From: Candidatus Kapaibacterium sp.
GTDB lineage: Bacteria; Bacteroidota; Ignavibacteria; Kapaibacteriales; UBA2268
Length of the DNA: 64,000 nucleotides
Direction of reading: 5' to 3'
NCBI GenBank assembly: GCA_963665665.1
Contig: OY762428.1
Span: 384,001-448,000 of the forward strand
Shown here: piece after piece, positions 50,126 through 59,575 of the stretch
Layout: each line of letters opens with the position of its first letter
How positions within the stretch are numbered: the stretch's first letter is position 1
Position numbers and translations under genes: made by a program
The notes under the pieces: generated by a model
Seen by the model: the letters and a program-made list of their open reading frames with translations, nothing else
Told to the model about the DNA's origin: nothing
Databases searched by the model: none

Positions 50126-50209
50126 TGCCCGGAAGAGGATTCGAACCTCCACGCCCGTACGGACACTACACCCTGAATGTAGCGCGTCTACCAATTCCGC
50201 CATCCGGGC
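50126..50209 (-). tRNA. tRNA-Leu(CAG), CCA end not encoded
   Basis: GCCCGGA acceptor stem; D-arm GGCGGAATTGGTAGACGC; anticodon arm CTACA-TTCAGGG-TGTAG; long variable arm; GGTTCGAATCC; discriminator A followed by CAG. Confidence 0.97.
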
Positions 50210-50364
50210 AGACTCTGTTGTCAAAAGAACGAATACAAATATAAGAATAATTTTTTAAAAACAACAATGAAATTTATTTTTATTTTGTCTGTTTTATTGT
50301 TGAATTTAATAATTTAATGTTTTATATTTGAATAATAAGAGTCCACAACTTAAGGGTTTGAAAA

Positions 50365-53300
50365 ATGAATAAGTTAAATTATATATATACAACATTAGCC
50401 ATCATTGTTTTCTTATCAGCCGGAATTGCGCATAGCCAGCATTATTATATCAACGAATACCACAATGCATCTTCCGCATCAGAGGAATGGACGGAAATTA
50501 TTGTTGTTGATAATGATGCCTCGCTTGCAAATGTTGTTCTCAGGGATAATTCCACATCTTCTCAGTGGCCCGAGAACTGGCAGGGCGGTGTCAAATTCCT
50601 TGATATTCCTTTTTGGAGAAACATTCCTGTTGGAACTATAATTGTAATAAATCACAGGGGAAACGATGCTGTTGACATTAACCCACTTGACGGTTATATT
50701 GAAATTGATGCTGAAAACGAGAATTTCTTTGAAAAGGTTTGCTATGCCTGCACTCCCACTAACTGGCAAATAGGAGCGCTGAATATTGCAGGCAGCATGG
50801 ATATCGTTCAACTTTGCCACACTGATGGTGAAAATATCCACGCCCTGGCACATTCACCAAATTATGGTGGAGATATTTTGGATATTTACGGAAAGAAAAT
50901 CTGCTATCCCGAAAGTATTAGCTCGGGAGAAAGTGTTCAGATACTGCCGGGAGATAAATGGTATGCTTATGAAGGAGCTTACGATTCAGGAAAGTCCAAA
51001 ACCTGGGCCGGACAGCCAAGCAAGGGAAAAGCAAACAGCAACACGGCTTACCCGAATTCAAACTTTGAATACCTTCTGGGTAAAAGAAAACCTACATGGA
51101 TGGCTGCAAACGCAGACTGTGAAATAAACACGAATTCAGTAACAATCAACTGGTCGCAGTATCCTATGATATCTCCGTCCAACTTTATAAATTTCTTACT
51201 TGTCAGAATTCCGGAATCTGTATATTCAGGAGCAGATCATCCGCAACAGGGGAAATACTATGCCCCGGGCGATAAGATTGGCAGTGGAGAAGTTGTTTAT
51301 AATGGCAACAGACGACTATTCAAAGATCAGTACAGAATCGAAGCTAATGAGAAATGCTATTACCGCCTTTACGTATATCGTTACGGCCGTGACGATATCC
51401 TTGATAATAATACGATCGAAAGTGATATTGCCCGCGGCCCTGCTTATGATATGGATAATTTTGTTGAAGTTATGCTGGAAAAATATGAGCAGACAAGTGT
51501 TGAAATATTAACAGAAAACGGCATGAATGAATTCTGTGAGGACGACACTATGATACTTTGGGCAGAGGTTGAAGGAGCCGATCCGCCATTTGATTTTATG
51601 TGGTCTCATCACGGAGTTGTTGTGGCTGATTATAATGAGGAGGTTGATCAACTTCAAATTTCTTCCGGCGGACGATGGGAAGTTGAAGTTAAAAGCAAAT
51701 CGGGCATTATTGGTTACGATACAATATGGATAGACATGGTGGAAAAAGCCGAACCAATAATTATTCTTCCAGACGGTACTCCCGTTATAAACGACACAAC
51801 AGTTTATATTTGTGAGAACTCCGAACTGCAGGTATATGTAACAGAAGGTACTGAATGGCGCTGGGAAAAGGATTTTAAGTTAATCTCCGGGGCATCTGAC
51901 AGCCGTCTGACAATAAAAGAAGAAGGCAAATATGTGAATATTGCAAGCCTTTTCGAAAAATGCGAAGGTACATCCCCTGTTTTGGAAATTAAAAATTACT
52001 ATATTGATATCACACCTGACCCGGCTGATCTGGAATATCACCTTAGCGTAGGTGAAAATGTGCTCGATCAAAACCTGAAACTTACTAATAACAGCTACAT
52101 ACAATACGAATTTTCTGAAGATGATGTCGATCTTCCTGAATATTATGAAATTATTTCTCCTGATTTTCCGATAATTCTTGAACCTATGGGTGAAGTTAAT
52201 CTGACAATCAGGTTCAGGCCGGAAGTTCCCGGAAATTTTGGTGGTAATATAGTTTTCGAAACCGATTGTGATTTGGAATATTCATATTATATTTATGGAA
52301 CAAGTCCAAGCCAGATAGTATTTGCAGAATTCAGCGAACTTGATTTCGGCCTTATAGCGGATTGTCTTTCAGCTGATACAACACTCACATCAAGCGTATA
52401 TAATTCCGGGGTTGAAGACGTTACCTTGTACGAACCAATAGTAACGGAGCCATTTTATATTGCAAACCCATACTCATATCCTCATAATTTCGTTTCGGGT
52501 GCTACATGGCCTGTAAAATTTGCAATTAATGCCCCCGCTTCCGGTGAACATGAAGGAACAGCACTTTTCCCCATTAAAATCGGCGAAAGTATTGATACAT
52601 TGAAAATTTTACTGGAATGTGAAATCCGTTCTCCGGAGTTTAGTATTCTTAACAATAACATTTCCCTGACTATTCCGGAATGTGAAAATTCTGTTGACGA
52701 AACAATACAAGTTCGAAATCAGGGATTTTTTGACCTGACGATTGAAAATAATCCTGCACCTGAAATAGAAATCCAGGGATTACCCCTGACAATAAAAGCG
52801 GGTGAATCTAAAGCTATGACTTTTACATACAGCCTGCCGGACGGTTTTACAAATGGCAGCCTGTACAATTATCATATTGAAGCAGAACCATGCCAGGCCA
52901 TTTCCGATATTGACATCACTGTTCAGAAAAAAGGATATAATTACCAATTTTCAGATAATTCTGTAATTGATCTGGATACGCTTGTTTATTGTAGTGGAGA
53001 GATAAATATTGATGATGCTATTGAACTTCTGATTGAAGGCGTATCAGATAATTCAGCTACAATCGTTAACTTTGAGTATTCAACAGATATTAACAACCTT
53101 TTCGAAGCTGATTTCACTGAGGGAAATATTCTCGAATCCGGTACTCATCCACTGAATCTGAAAGTTACCGGATATCGTGAAGGTTACTTTGAAGGAGAGA
53201 TAACGCTAAGTATTGAACCTTGCTCAGAAAGAAAATCATTTTCAATCAAAGGATATATTTATCAACCTGAGATCAGTATTGATAATACATCCTTAAATTT

Positions 53301-54312
53301 TGGAACAGGAAAAATACCTTTTTCAAAAACAGACAGTATAAAAATTGTCAATGATGGTATTATTGATATTACAATTGATAAAATTGTAGGAATTGCAACT
53401 CCGTTTTCCGTTGATTATTCATTATCGTCTCCTATGCCCAGCACACTGAAGAGCGGCGAAACATTCTATTTGGCAATTACATATTCAGCCAATATTGCAG
53501 GAACTGATAATCTTGATATCAACCTGATTACAGAACCATGCAGTAATTCTCATATTCTTAGCCTGTCAGGGACCGGAAGCAATATACTAAACGAAGTTCT
53601 TGATATTGCTATCGACAACAAAAGAACCGCAAAACCCGGGGAAAAGATCGATTTAAGAATTGTTGTAAATGAAAACTCTCAAACTGACGGAGTTCTGACT
53701 TTTAAAAAGTTCGATTTTTCTATTGCTTACGATCCCGAAGTATATTATCCACAAAATATTCTTGCCGGAGAAAAAATTCCTGTCAATGATATTGTAAACG
53801 TATCAATGGATATCTTCACACCCGGTGATGTACGCGGAAGTATTGAATTAAATAATCACCAGGATGTGGAATATGGTGAATTCGCCATTATTGAAGGGGT
53901 AACAATGCTAAACTCTAAGCTGAGAACTGAACTATATCTCGGACGTTTGCAATTTGACTCTCCCGATAATATCAGCATTGATAATATTACTGAAAGCCTG
54001 ATAATACTGGACGACGGATGTGCTCTTGACAGAAGGTTAGTCGGCAATGCTCCCCCCCCTGCAATAAGGGTAATCAAAGATGATGACAACAGCGATATTA
54101 CTCTGAAATACAATATTATGAGCGAGGATTACTCAAGCCTTGATATTTATGATTCTTATGGCAATAAAATCAGATCAGTTGAAGCCGGATATATAAAACC
54201 AGGAGAATACGAAAAGAATCAGGATATAATCAATCTGGCTTCGGGCCAATATTTTGTTGTTCTTAACAATGGGAATATAATGGTAACAGCGAGGTTGATA
54301 GTATTGAAATAG
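50365..54312 (+). CDS. Large T9SS-secreted protein (lamin-tail-like N-terminus, Ig/ASH-like repeats, cohesin-like domain, CTD)
   Basis: Signal peptide; YINEY...EEWTEI start; repeated 'L.FG...S.YNSG' units; C-terminal IYDSYGN...LASGQYFV...RLIVLK. Confidence 0.82.
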   Translation: MNKLNYIYTTLAIIVFLSAGIAHSQHYYINEYHNASSASEEWTEIIVVDNDASLANVVLRDNSTSSQWPENWQGGVKFLDIPFWRNIPVGTIIVINHRGNDAVDINPLDGYIEIDAENENFFEKVCYACTPTNWQIGALNIAGSMDIVQLCHTDGENIHALAHSPNYGGDILDIYGKKICYPESISSGESVQILPGDKWYAYEGAYDSGKSKTWAGQPSKGKANSNTAYPNSNFEYLLGKRKPTWMAANADCEINTNSVTINWSQYPMISPSNFINFLLVRIPESVYSGADHPQQGKYYAPGDKIGSGEVVYNGNRRLFKDQYRIEANEKCYYRLYVYRYGRDDILDNNTIESDIARGPAYDMDNFVEVMLEKYEQTSVEILTENGMNEFCEDDTMILWAEVEGADPPFDFMWSHHGVVVADYNEEVDQLQISSGGRWEVEVKSKSGIIGYDTIWIDMVEKAEPIIILPDGTPVINDTTVYICENSELQVYVTEGTEWRWEKDFKLISGASDSRLTIKEEGKYVNIASLFEKCEGTSPVLEIKNYYIDITPDPADLEYHLSVGENVLDQNLKLTNNSYIQYEFSEDDVDLPEYYEIISPDFPIILEPMGEVNLTIRFRPEVPGNFGGNIVFETDCDLEYSYYIYGTSPSQIVFAEFSELDFGLIADCLSADTTLTSSVYNSGVEDVTLYEPIVTEPFYIANPYSYPHNFVSGATWPVKFAINAPASGEHEGTALFPIKIGESIDTLKILLECEIRSPEFSILNNNISLTIPECENSVDETIQVRNQGFFDLTIENNPAPEIEIQGLPLTIKAGESKAMTFTYSLPDGFTNGSLYNYHIEAEPCQAISDIDITVQKKGYNYQFSDNSVIDLDTLVYCSGEINIDDAIELLIEGVSDNSATIVNFEYSTDINNLFEADFTEGNILESGTHPLNLKVTGYREGYFEGEITLSIEPCSERKSFSIKGYIYQPEISIDNTSLNFGTGKIPFSKTDSIKIVNDGIIDITIDKIVGIATPFSVDYSLSSPMPSTLKSGETFYLAITYSANIAGTDNLDINLITEPCSNSHILSLSGTGSNILNEVLDIAIDNKRTAKPGEKIDLRIVVNENSQTDGVLTFKKFDFSIAYDPEVYYPQNILAGEKIPVNDIVNVSMDIFTPGDVRGSIELNNHQDVEYGEFAIIEGVTMLNSKLRTELYLGRLQFDSPDNISIDNITESLIILDDGCALDRRLVGNAPPPAIRVIKDDDNSDITLKYNIMSEDYSSLDIYDSYGNKIRSVEAGYIKPGEYEKNQDIINLASGQYFVVLNNGNIMVTARLIVLK

Positions 54313-54329
54313 TTCCGGTTAACTAATTC

Positions 54330-54515
54330 TTACGGAATTAAAATTTCAAGATATTTGCAAATATGTTTAATTAAATCGTTATCAATTTCATTATGACGAG
54401 GGACAGGTTGTTTCCTGCCGTTTTTAATATTAACGAATATATCATGATTAGATCCATGTCTTAATAGTTGGCAGCCATGCTTATTCAAATATTTTATAAA
54501 CTGTTTTCGCTTCAT
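54330..54515 (-). CDS. hicA: HicA family toxin (mRNA interferase)
   Basis: MKRKQFIKYL..HG...RHGSNHDIF...VPRH with the catalytic His. Confidence 0.9.
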   Translation of the reverse strand: MKRKQFIKYLNKHGCQLLRHGSNHDIFVNIKNGRKQPVPRHNEIDNDLIKHICKYLEILIP

Positions 54516-54730
54516 ATAACAAGTTCTTTTACCTTATAATCATCAGGAACATCATCCATTTTCATTAAGATAAAAGCTTCTCTTATATTTTCTTCAAGCT
54601 CTTCTACCGAATTTCCCTGTGTCATAATATCAGGATATTCCAATAACTTACCGAGCCAAAATTTTTCGCTTTTCCAATAGATCAAAGTCATTTTGGAATT
54701 AATTTGCTTCTTTTTATCATTATCTATCAT
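54512..54730 (-). CDS. hicB: Short HicB family antitoxin
   Basis: YPDIMTQGNSVEELEENIREA motif; 4-nt ATGA overlap with hicA. Confidence 0.88.
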   Translation of the reverse strand: MIDNDKKKQINSKMTLIYWKSEKFWLGKLLEYPDIMTQGNSVEELEENIREAFILMKMDDVPDDYKVKELVI

Positions 54731-54801
54731 TAGAAACCCTTTTATAATTTATTTTATGGAAGCATAATACTGATAATTATTTTCCCATAAAAATAAAGTT
54801 T

Positions 54802-55584
54802 CTAATAATTTTTCAATAACCTTTCAAGTTCTTTCAGATAAATCGGGTTATTGTTTATACCATTATGCCTTTGTCCGTAAAGTGTTATTAATGTATCACC
54901 TGCTTTGAATAACTTTTCAAGTTTCTTCGAAGAACCATAATATATCGTTTCATCAATATCGCCATGAAAAATAATCACAGGGCATTTTGTTTTGCGGATA
55001 TATTTGTTAGTCTCCAATTTGTAACTTACAAACGAAGAAGGAATATACGAAACCAATTCATTAGCAAGATCCGGGATGTTATAGTAAGGAGCTTTAAGTA
55101 TCAGAAGTTTAGGATTGTTTTCTGAAGCAAGAAAAGCTGCTAAACCCGTACCGATAGAATACCCGATAACAACAATATCCTTTTCCCTGAATTTTGTTTT
55201 CATCGTATCATAAGCAATCTGCATATCGCTAAGTAATTGTTCTTCCGAGCTGATTTTTCCTCCGCTTTTTCCATAACCACGGTAATCGATAATGAAGAAA
55301 TCATAATTATTATCAAGATAAGTACCGGCAATTTCTCCCCATGTGTTCAAAGCTCCGGCATTGCCATGGAGATAGAACACAAGTCCTTCGGAAGTATCTG
55401 CCCTAAACCACAATGCGTTCAAATTTATACTATCACCGACGGGAATATTTAATTCCGTAAAATTTTCTGTGAAACCGAAATGATAATCATCAGGAAGCCT
55501 GGACGGATGAAACAGATATTCCTCCTGATTGCAAGAACTTAACAACAGTGAAATATAAAGAACGAAAGACAATCTTAACAACAT
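54802..55584 (-). CDS. Alpha/beta hydrolase (ABHD13-like), predicted lipoprotein
   Basis: LSSC lipobox; HGNAG, DYRGYGKS, GYSIG and FHGDID motifs. Confidence 0.88.
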   Translation of the reverse strand: MLLRLSFVLYISLLLSSCNQEEYLFHPSRLPDDYHFGFTENFTELNIPVGDSINLNALWFRADTSEGLVFYLHGNAGALNTWGEIAGTYLDNNYDFFIIDYRGYGKSGGKISSEEQLLSDMQIAYDTMKTKFREKDIVVIGYSIGTGLAAFLASENNPKLLILKAPYYNIPDLANELVSYIPSSFVSYKLETNKYIRKTKCPVIIFHGDIDETIYYGSSKKLEKLFKAGDTLITLYGQRHNGINNNPIYLKELERLLKNY

Positions 55585-55601
55585 AATATTACCTATAAAT
55601 T

Positions 55602-56063
55602 TTACCCGTCAAGTTCACTCAGGAAATCCCGAAGAATTATTGCAGCAGCAATTTTATCGGCGCTGCCTTTAGTCCTGCGCTGTTTTTTCTTCTTCCCGAT
55701 GCTGATCATAGTTTCCATGGCGCGACAGGATGAAAAGGATTCATCATAAGGATATACTTCCAATCCGGTTACTTCTTCAACTTTAGCTATAAATTCTTTT
55801 ATTTCCTCTATAACATCAGTTGTCTGGCCGTCATGGCGGTAAGGAATCCCGATAACAATAGCGCCAAGCCTTTCCTTTATTACTTCCTCAGATATTTCAT
55901 CCATAAGGGTTTCGCTGTCGGCATCAAATATTCTTCTGGGTGATGTAGTTATATGGAACTCGTCGGTAACGGCAAATCCAATTCTTTTTAAACCATAATC
56001 AAAGGCACCAATTCGTTTACCCTTGAGTTCTTTCCTGATTTTATCATTAATATTATTGATCAT
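55602..56063 (-). CDS. ruvX: YqgF/RuvX family nuclease (pre-16S rRNA processing)
   Basis: FDYGLKRIGFA, IGIP, DESFSS and DKIAAAIIL motifs. Confidence 0.93.
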   Translation of the reverse strand: MINNINDKIRKELKGKRIGAFDYGLKRIGFAVTDEFHITTSPRRIFDADSETLMDEISEEVIKERLGAIVIGIPYRHDGQTTDVIEEIKEFIAKVEEVTGLEVYPYDESFSSCRAMETMISIGKKKKQRRTKGSADKIAAAIILRDFLSELDG

Positions 56064-58333
56064 TTGTCTGTCTCTATGCTTTTTTTATTCTTCCTTCCCA
56101 AAACCGGAATTATAAAGATAATTTCAGTACCTTTACCTATTCTTGATTTTATTTCAATTCTCCCGCCGTGGGTTTCAATAACCTGTTGCATTATCATCGT
56201 TCCAATTCCAAAACCGCCATGCTTTTTTGATGTTGTGAAATATGGCTTAAGCATTTTGGCCTGTGTTTCTTCATCCATTCCTTTGCCGCTATCGGCTATT
56301 GTAAAATAGAAAAAACGATTATCCTTTCTGCATGATATTGTAATATTTCCATTCTGCTCCGGTATAGCTCTAATACCGTTTTCAACGGCATTCCTCATAG
56401 CACGTGTAAATTTTGCCCTGTCGCAATGGAATGTGAAACTTTCAAGTTTCAGATCGAAGTTTATTCCAGGAAAAACAATATCATCAAATTCAAATCGGAC
56501 AGTATTGCATAGTTCTACTGAATTAACAGGTTCAATATTTAATTTATCACTTCTTCCTACTGTTACAATATCCCTGACCCGCTGAATCAGAATATTTGTC
56601 TGATGAATTATTTTATGTCTTCGTTTAAGATTATCATTATTATCAGTACAGCTAAGCTGGTCAGCATTCAATTTAATTGTTGCAAGATTGGTTTGCATGT
56701 CGTGAGCAAGCTGGGCCCAGTTGGAAAGCCTTTTCCTTTCAAGCTGCTCGGTAATATCAATACCTGTAAATAGTATCCCCCTGAAATTCCCCGTGATATT
56801 CCTTACAGGAACAATTGTACAAAGAAGTTCCTTCATATCATCGTTAATTTTCAGGCTTACTTTTCTTTTAATAATATCCTTCTCTGCAAGCGCTTCTTCC
56901 ATTATTTGTTTCATCGGCAACAGATTATTCTGGACAAAATAATAATCAAGCATTTTTTTCAGGGGAATCGCTCCTGTAATTTCCAGCAGTTCCCTTGCGC
57001 TGTTATTTGCATAGTTCAGCTTGCCCATTTTGTCTGTTATTAAAAGAATACCTGATGTGGGTAGTTCCAGGATCTCTTTGAAAAATCTTTTTTGATGTCT
57101 GTACAGCTGAATAAATATTATCAGAAATACAATTAAAATACCCGGGAATAGATAAATACCCCTGTTTCGGACAAACCTGTTAAATAACCATGCGGGATGT
57201 TCTTTTTTCTCGAATATCAATGTTCCGGAATTTGATGCTGCTATCAAATTGCCATTCAGGAACGAAAGCTCCGGTTTGTCCCGGAATGATTCTGAAAAAG
57301 GGAAATAATCAGCCGATATAATTTCCTCATCGGCAATACCCGCAATCCCATTGCGAAAAACAATATAAATCATTTCCCCAACGGGTTTTATTAACATTGG
57401 CTCAATAAACATTTCCGGCATTTCAATTGGCAAAGCCTCTTTGTTATTTTTCAGCCCGTCAATCCCTACAGAATTTAAATAGTATCTGCTCTCGGAATAA
57501 GTAAGATATGATATTAATATTTTTTTATTTATATCGGTAATCACTATCCTTTCAGCCGGGCTCTCAATCCAGCCTGAAAACTCTATTCCATTTTCATTTA
57601 TAACATTTAGCAATGACTGGCCAATGCCGGAAGAAGAAAGCAGATAAATTTTGTCTCCGAAAATTTTTATAACTGCATTATCATATACAGCTGTTCGTGC
57701 AATTAATTTCTCTTTTCCGTCAATAACAGCATATACTACGTTGCTCAATCCCTTCCGAACAACATAAACAGCGCTGATACGGCTGATCTTATCATTTCCG
57801 TAATCAAAATCAATTACTCCTGAATTTACATAGCTATTATTAATTCTCCCGCCGTCGATCCTGGTTCTGAACAATTCTCCTTCAACAAGAACATAAAACA
57901 AATCTTCATCTACCGTCCTGAACCATTGCGATCGCAAGCGTGAAAAAGATTGTTCCAGGGACTGCAATTCAGTTATTGCTTTCAGTTCCAGGGCAGTATC
58001 CAGTATAGCAGTGTAGCAGCGCCCTTTGTCCTGCCATAATAGCAGGATATCATCGCCCCGGGGAATTGCCGAATTAATAAAAACCTCCCCGAGTGATGAA
58101 GCCTCAGCATTCTTCCTGATAATGCCTTCCCAGGTATATAGCACTTCAGAATCTGCCCAGTTCGGCTTTATCATATAAGTACGGATATAACTATCTATTT
58201 CCGACGTATATATTTTACCTCCCTCGTATGACTCGATAAGGCTGAAGGAAATTGGATAGGTATCATCAGCCCGTAAAATATTAACAGATAATATCATCCA
58301 TATAATAAGCGTTATTTTAGCAGTTTTTTTCAG
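56060..58333 (-). CDS. Sensor histidine kinase with large extracytoplasmic domain, TM, PAS and HATPase
   Basis: WAQLAHDMQTNL, NAVENG, DSGKG, PYFTT and GFGIG boxes. Start extended from ATG 58297 to CTG 58333 (see findings). Confidence 0.85.
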   Translation of the reverse strand: MKKTAKITLIIWMILSVNILRADDTYPISFSLIESYEGGKIYTSEIDSYIRTYMIKPNWADSEVLYTWEGIIRKNAEASSLGEVFINSAIPRGDDILLLWQDKGRCYTAILDTALELKAITELQSLEQSFSRLRSQWFRTVDEDLFYVLVEGELFRTRIDGGRINNSYVNSGVIDFDYGNDKISRISAVYVVRKGLSNVVYAVIDGKEKLIARTAVYDNAVIKIFGDKIYLLSSSGIGQSLLNVINENGIEFSGWIESPAERIVITDINKKILISYLTYSESRYYLNSVGIDGLKNNKEALPIEMPEMFIEPMLIKPVGEMIYIVFRNGIAGIADEEIISADYFPFSESFRDKPELSFLNGNLIAASNSGTLIFEKKEHPAWLFNRFVRNRGIYLFPGILIVFLIIFIQLYRHQKRFFKEILELPTSGILLITDKMGKLNYANNSARELLEITGAIPLKKMLDYYFVQNNLLPMKQIMEEALAEKDIIKRKVSLKINDDMKELLCTIVPVRNITGNFRGILFTGIDITEQLERKRLSNWAQLAHDMQTNLATIKLNADQLSCTDNNDNLKRRHKIIHQTNILIQRVRDIVTVGRSDKLNIEPVNSVELCNTVRFEFDDIVFPGINFDLKLESFTFHCDRAKFTRAMRNAVENGIRAIPEQNGNITISCRKDNRFFYFTIADSGKGMDEETQAKMLKPYFTTSKKHGGFGIGTMIMQQVIETHGGRIEIKSRIGKGTEIIFIIPVLGRKNKKSIETDK

Positions 58334-58805
58334 GTATAATCTCCTTTAATTGGCAGACTGAATAAACGGCTACCCCTTCTCCCCTGCCTTCAGGCCCCAT
58401 TTGCTCATTTGTTGTTGCTTTGATATTTACCCTTTTTACTACTAATCCGCATGCATTAGCAATACTTTCGCGTATTTGCTGTTTATAGGTTGATATTTTT
58501 GGCTTTTCAAGAACAATAGTGGCATCTATATTTACAAGTTCTAAGCCTTCCTCTTCTATCAACTCAAGGCATTTTTTAAATAAAAGCATACTGTCAGCAT
58601 TTTTATAAACCGGATCAGTATCAGGGAAGTGTTCACCAATATCATTCATTCCGGCTGCACCAAGAACGGCATCTGAGATAGCATGAAGAAGGACATCTCC
58701 GTCGCTGTGTGCTACGGTTCCAAAGTCAGAAACAATTTTCACTCCGCCCAATATCAGGCTTTCTCCTTTTGCAAGCTTATGTACGTCGTATCCAAAACCA
58801 ACCAT
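58317..58805 (-). CDS. ispF: 2-C-methyl-D-erythritol 2,4-cyclodiphosphate synthase
   Basis: GFGYDVH, HSDGDVLLHA, DIGEHFPD and NIKATTNE motifs. Confidence 0.97.
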   Translation of the reverse strand: MVGFGYDVHKLAKGESLILGGVKIVSDFGTVAHSDGDVLLHAISDAVLGAAGMNDIGEHFPDTDPVYKNADSMLLFKKCLELIEEEGLELVNIDATIVLEKPKISTYKQQIRESIANACGLVVKRVNIKATTNEQMGPEGRGEGVAVYSVCQLKEIIPEKNC

Positions 58806-58989
58806 TTAACAGGAATCCAGGAAAATTAGAAAAACTTTCGTCCAAAATATTAAAAAAATTACTATAATCCTTGGCTTAAACAGATTTTTTTATTTAATTA
58901 TTGAAATCTTTATTGATTTACATTTTTTCGTTCTGTAAAAGTCATTATTTTTGTCTGAAATATTTTGTCATTAATTTGGATACTCCGAA

Positions 58990-59529
58990 ATGAAATTATT
59001 AGCATCAGTTGTTTTATTTTTTGCAGTTTTGCTAATGTCATGTTCTGACGATACTGGCAGCGGACCTGAAAATGTTACTACAGATTACAATCTGAAAGTT
59101 AATGAATTTGTAGCAGCAGGCTCGGAGCAATTAAATGAATATGCTGAAAATGCAGACTGGTTTGAAATTTATAATGCCTCTGATAAAATTGCCGAATTGA
59201 AAAAAGGAAGCTGGTTTTTCTCCGATGATACTACTCAACTGGATAAATGGGTTCTTCCTATCGACACAACAATTGAAGCCGGTGGATTTCTGATAATCTG
59301 GTGTGATGATAATAATAAATGTGAAACCGAAATCCATACTTCTTTTAAGCTGGGTTCAGCAGGTGAAACTATTTGCATATCCTGCATGAAGGACGGTGAA
59401 ATTCAGATTATTGATTCGAAAGAATATTTCAATGCTGAAGGCGCTATTAGTTATGGAAGGTTCCCGGATGGCAGTGAAATATGGGAGGAATTTGAAACAC
59501 CGACCCCCGGAACAACGAACGTAAAATAA
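58990..59529 (+). CDS. Lamin-tail-domain lipoprotein
   Basis: LMSC lipobox; VNEFVA, DWFEIYN, GGFLIIWCD, SYGRFPDG and PTPG motifs. Confidence 0.85.
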   Translation: MKLLASVVLFFAVLLMSCSDDTGSGPENVTTDYNLKVNEFVAAGSEQLNEYAENADWFEIYNASDKIAELKKGSWFFSDDTTQLDKWVLPIDTTIEAGGFLIIWCDDNNKCETEIHTSFKLGSAGETICISCMKDGEIQIIDSKEYFNAEGAISYGRFPDGSEIWEEFETPTPGTTNVK

Positions 59530-59548
59530 CAATAAAATTTTGTATGCG

Positions 59549-59575
59549 AAACCGGGCAAATGTCCGGTTTTTTTT
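59549..59575 (+). terminator. Terminator between convergent genes
   Basis: aaaccgggca-aa-tgtccggtttttttt. Confidence 0.8.

Noticed and set aside
47317-50126. tRNA-anchored integrative element carrying the RNB gene
   Set aside because: No integrase and no duplicated tRNA 3' end seen; the tRNA terminator is intact. Only proximity and AT-richness support it.
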